A stretch of DNA of 63,499 nt, counting the filler, from Globobulimina sp. (Eukaryota), in NCBI GenBank assembly GCA_003354225.1. It is 44 parts of 44 records of this genome, joined end to end, with 100 filler letters (N's around TTAATTAATTAA, not from the genome) between each part and the next. Parts side by side here need not be neighbours in the genome. Positions count along the whole stretch, not along the records: positions 59,268 to 60,611 come from PIVH01018259.1; positions 60,712 to 62,055 come from PIVH01018260.1; positions 62,156 to 63,499 come from PIVH01018261.1; 41 more parts are not named here. One strand, given 5' to 3'. Positions 60,335 through 63,499 of this stretch are shown here, piece by piece (positions within the stretch are counted from its first letter, which is position 1; each line of letters starts with the position of its first letter). A program made the position numbers and the translations under genes. The notes below the pieces were generated by a model. That model was given only the letters and a program-made list of their open reading frames with translations. It was not told the DNA's origin and made no database searches.

Positions 60335-60611
60335 TCATCAATGGGTTTAGCCTCATAAACCCGATATTGCCACCCTTTGGGGCCTCCGTGCAGGCAATGA
60401 CCAAAGTTGTTTTGCGGAAGTTGAATCGTATCGCCATCCAATACAATGCGTCCCTGTGCGATGCGGTTGGCATAGCGTCCGATAGATGCCCCAAAATCGC
60501 TTGGAATACGAATGTAGTCGGCAATGCTGTCAAACCCTAATACAACATCCTGCATCATTCCGTTTTTGTCGGGTACCATTACCGATACAATGCGTCCGCC
60601 AAAATTCGTAA
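60335..60611 (-). CDS. galM: Bacterial aldose 1-epimerase (galactose mutarotase) fragment, Bacteroidales-type
   Basis: TNFGGRIVSVMVPDK..DVVLGFD, FGASIGRYANRI, HCLHGGPKGWQ. About 45-53% GC in counted lines, ending abruptly in AT-rich DNA. Confidence 0.9.
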
Positions 60612-60711
60612 NNNNNNNNNNNNNNNNNNNNNNNNNNNNNNNNNNNNNNNNNNNNTTAATTAATTAANNNNNNNNNNNNNNNNNNNNNNNNNNNNNNNNN
60701 NNNNNNNNNNN

Positions 60712-61173
60712 TGGATCGTGCTGATATTCATACATCCATTGGTCTGTGATTTGCATTGCGTTTGTTAAATAATTATGATGTAAACGCTCTCCATATACCT
60801 CACTGTAATTAAAATATATTTTTAGCATTTTCGAATACAACATTCCAGTTGGTTTTTTGCAACAATTTTCTCTGTCAATGATATAATTCCACACTCGTTC
60901 AGAAAAAGCAATGTTTCCGGTCCTGAAACACGCATTAAACACTCGCTTAATGATTGAATGAGTTTGGAATATTGTTCGTTGCTCCATTAATGCACCAAAT
61001 GATTGCAGTATTTGCAACCACTTCCTAGCAGTGTGCCATTTGTTGTAGGCTTTAATTATTTCGTACTCATACTCTGTGTCATTAGAAATAATTAATCGAG
61101 CTCGTATCACTGTTGTCGCAGTTGTTTGATAAATGTATGTACAGCACAAAATTGAGAATAATAATAATAACAT
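60712..61173 (-). CDS. Signal-peptide protein with PPR-like helical repeats, 3'-partial
   Basis: Hydrophobic N-terminus; VFNACFRTGNIAFSERVWNYI and PTGMLYSKMLKIY. Confidence 0.55.
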
Positions 61174-61352
61174 TGAATTTGATTGGGTTCAAATAATTGA
61201 GTTTAAAGAATGTAAAAAATGAATTGCCAGTGCGAATGTGCGGTGAGACATCTGTAGCTGCAAAATCTATTGATCACAACTCACAAGTGTGAACCAAAAG
61301 ATTTTTTATTTAAGCTGCTTGAGTGTTTTTACTATATCTATTAACCCTTATT

Positions 61353-61811
61353 ATGGGCTGTTTATTCTGCTGTTGTAATCGCCAAAAAACAGATGTAAAT
61401 TTAGTTGAACCATTGAACATTGATAACATATTAAAACCAAACAATATCGTGATAGGACAAATCAGTGAACAAACCATTGAGAGTAGCAATTCGAATTCAA
61501 ATAGAAACACTTGGAATGAATTACGAACTGAACAATTACAGCATGAACTGGAAAAACAAGTTGCTGTGATACAATATAAACAGTCCAGAGATAGTCCATG
61601 TGCTGATAAATTGGATGATGCATTGGATGATTCACTGGAACCAAACAGCGTATCAAATAGAGATAAATGTGAAGACAGAGAACATCGTTTATCCAATTTA
61701 TTTAGATATGAATCCAAAAAATCATGGGATGATTCTGATTTAGGTGAACACGAAGATGCAATTCAAGATCAATTGAATTTGCTGTCACAACAGCAAGAAA
61801 ATGAAACATGA
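61353..61811 (+). CDS. Small acidic protein with an MGCLFCCC acylation motif
   Basis: The ATG at 61353 gives Gly2 plus a Cys cluster (myristoyl/palmitoyl pattern). Confidence 0.55.
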   Translation: MGCLFCCCNRQKTDVNLVEPLNIDNILKPNNIVIGQISEQTIESSNSNSNRNTWNELRTEQLQHELEKQVAVIQYKQSRDSPCADKLDDALDDSLEPNSVSNRDKCEDREHRLSNLFRYESKKSWDDSDLGEHEDAIQDQLNLLSQQQENET

Positions 61812-61938
61812 TCAAACAATAATTGTTCACAGTTCACTCTTGCGTCTGTCTGTCATCCTATATTCGATTCTGTCATCACAGATTCAGTTATACTTTTTAT
61901 ACGAGGGAGAGTGCTGAGTGCATATACTTTAAATACGA

Positions 61939-62055
61939 CCTGTTTGAAACACATTGTTTTTAAAATCCGCAAATTCGCAAGTCGTTTTGTTGGGAGATGG
62001 TGAAGACCTCTCCATAGGTTTTAAAATTTTTCTAAAACGCGGTGTTTCAAACAGG
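61939..62055. mobile_element. MITE-like foldback with 14-bp perfect inverted repeats
   Basis: CCTGTTTGAAACAC ... GTGTTTCAAACAGG. The right end coincides with the contig end, so the TSD cannot be seen. Confidence 0.55.
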
Positions 62056-63499
62056 NNNNNNNNNNNNNNNNNNNNNNNNNNNNNNNNNNNNNNNNNNNNT
62101 TAATTAATTAANNNNNNNNNNNNNNNNNNNNNNNNNNNNNNNNNNNNNNNNNNNNCTAAACTAATATATATATTATCGATAATATATAAATTAGCGAGCT
62201 CATATATATATTATCAAAAAAATCATATATATATTATCAAAAAAATTAGATAATATATGTATTTACATGTCTGGAGAAAGCAGACGGGTCACCCGGTACA
62301 TTAGCTGTAGACAGTTTTCTAGTTGAGTAACTTTTTTAATATATGATCCCGTGCCGAACTTTTTTAATATATGATCCTACTTATGCTACTCATATTATCT
62401 ACTCATATATATATTAGTTTAATCATATGGTGGACATGTCAAGGGATCATATATGATCATTCGTCTTGTAACAGTGACATTCGTCTTGTGACAGTGCCTC
62501 TTGGACCCTGGCCTCTTGCCTCTGTGTCTATCTTGCCTCTGGGTCTATCGCCCCGCAATACAACTCTGTTGCCCCCTAATACAGGTTATATATATCAGTA
62601 GATAATGTTTCCCTAAGTCTAGGTCAGTTAGAAAGTAGGTAGCTTAAGTAGGAGTTCGACATGAATTAGAAAACACAAGCAATATAGCTATAGATCAAGA
62701 AATAACATGGACTGAACTGTTAAATCAAAACCCTGAAAATACAAATAATAAAAACAAAAAAAAGCGAAGAAAAAATCGCCAGTGTAAAAATTGTATAAAA
62801 TTACAGAAAAAAAATAAAAAATTGACTGAAAAGATTAAAATAAAAACCAGACAAATAAAATTATTAAAAAAAAAATTGCTTCTAAATAATATTATTTTTT
62901 TATATCTGCATTGTGCGCTTTTTATTCCATAATGGTGGTCCAAACTCTCTCCCAAATCGTCTCCTTTTGCCCGGTGGCAACGTACGAATCACCACCAACA
63001 TGCCGCAAAATGTGCAACGGCGCCGAATCTCCCTTTCAACTCATCATCTTTTGCCCGGTGGCAATGTAGTGAGTTTATGGAACAGTTTTTAGAAGTGTGG
63101 AAATGCAAAGCGGAAACGCAAAATGATTTTTCGAGTTAGCTTTAATAAAATAATTAAATAAAACAATCGCAAACAATTAAAAACAAACACTCTTGCTTTG
63201 CTCTTTCTATTGGCGTTGGCGTGGCTGTGCTTGTAGCAGTTGCTTTGCATCCTTCTCTGCCTTTTACTGCTGCTGCTATGGTTCCTTTTGCTTTGCTGTT
63301 GGTGTGGTTGTGCTTGTAGCTGTTGCTTTTCATCATTCGATGCCTGACTACGCCTTCTTCTGTCCCTTTTGTGTGTGTTTGTTGTCGTTCCTGTTCTTTT
63401 GTCGTTGGTGACCCAGTTCCCTTTGCGTTAGTAAGTATAACACTGTGTTGAATCGTGGTGTTGGAACCAAATTGCGGAACCGATGTTGGCACCATGCTC

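Overview
This is not a contiguous locus. It is 44 unrelated short contigs sorted by length (23 of 1346 bp, 17 of 1345 bp, 4 of 1344 bp), joined by 43 identical artificial 100-nt linkers (N44-TTAATTAATTAA-N44). Gene neighbourhood therefore means nothing beyond about 1.35 kb, and no multi-gene system can be supported. Most contigs are AT-rich eukaryotic genomic DNA with short GT-AG introns (48-92 nt) and the standard genetic code. The gene families and intron style suggest a protist, probably a foraminifer-like rhizarian (inference). Recognisable products: USP40-like and two other USP deubiquitinases, a Josephin DUB, DDX10/Dbp4, MOB4/phocein, TRMT11, RasGAP, formin, PiT transporter, an SH3BGR protein, a PLS-type PPR protein, a Cache-domain protein, GH2 beta-mannosidase, purple acid phosphatase, cysteine synthase/CBS, a cNMP-binding protein and a zeta-toxin-like kinase. 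Mobile DNA includes a CRE-clade non-LTR retrotransposon, a complete Merlin-like MITE, and a young element shared by two contigs. Two contigs switch abruptly into bacterial genes (an AmmeMemoRadiSam radical SAM enzyme and a Bacteroidales-type galM) and are probably amplification or assembly chimeras. Best leads: (1) two tRNA-shaped elements with different stem sequences that both have the anticodon loop collapsed to 4 nt; (2) a Josephin DUB in frame with a transmembrane helix; (3) an intron-bearing secreted protein of bacterial type; (4) a Bacteroidetes-type domain on a mucin stalk; (5) a possible ADP-ribosyltransferase-like ORF. All family calls rest on motif recognition by eye; no database search was run.
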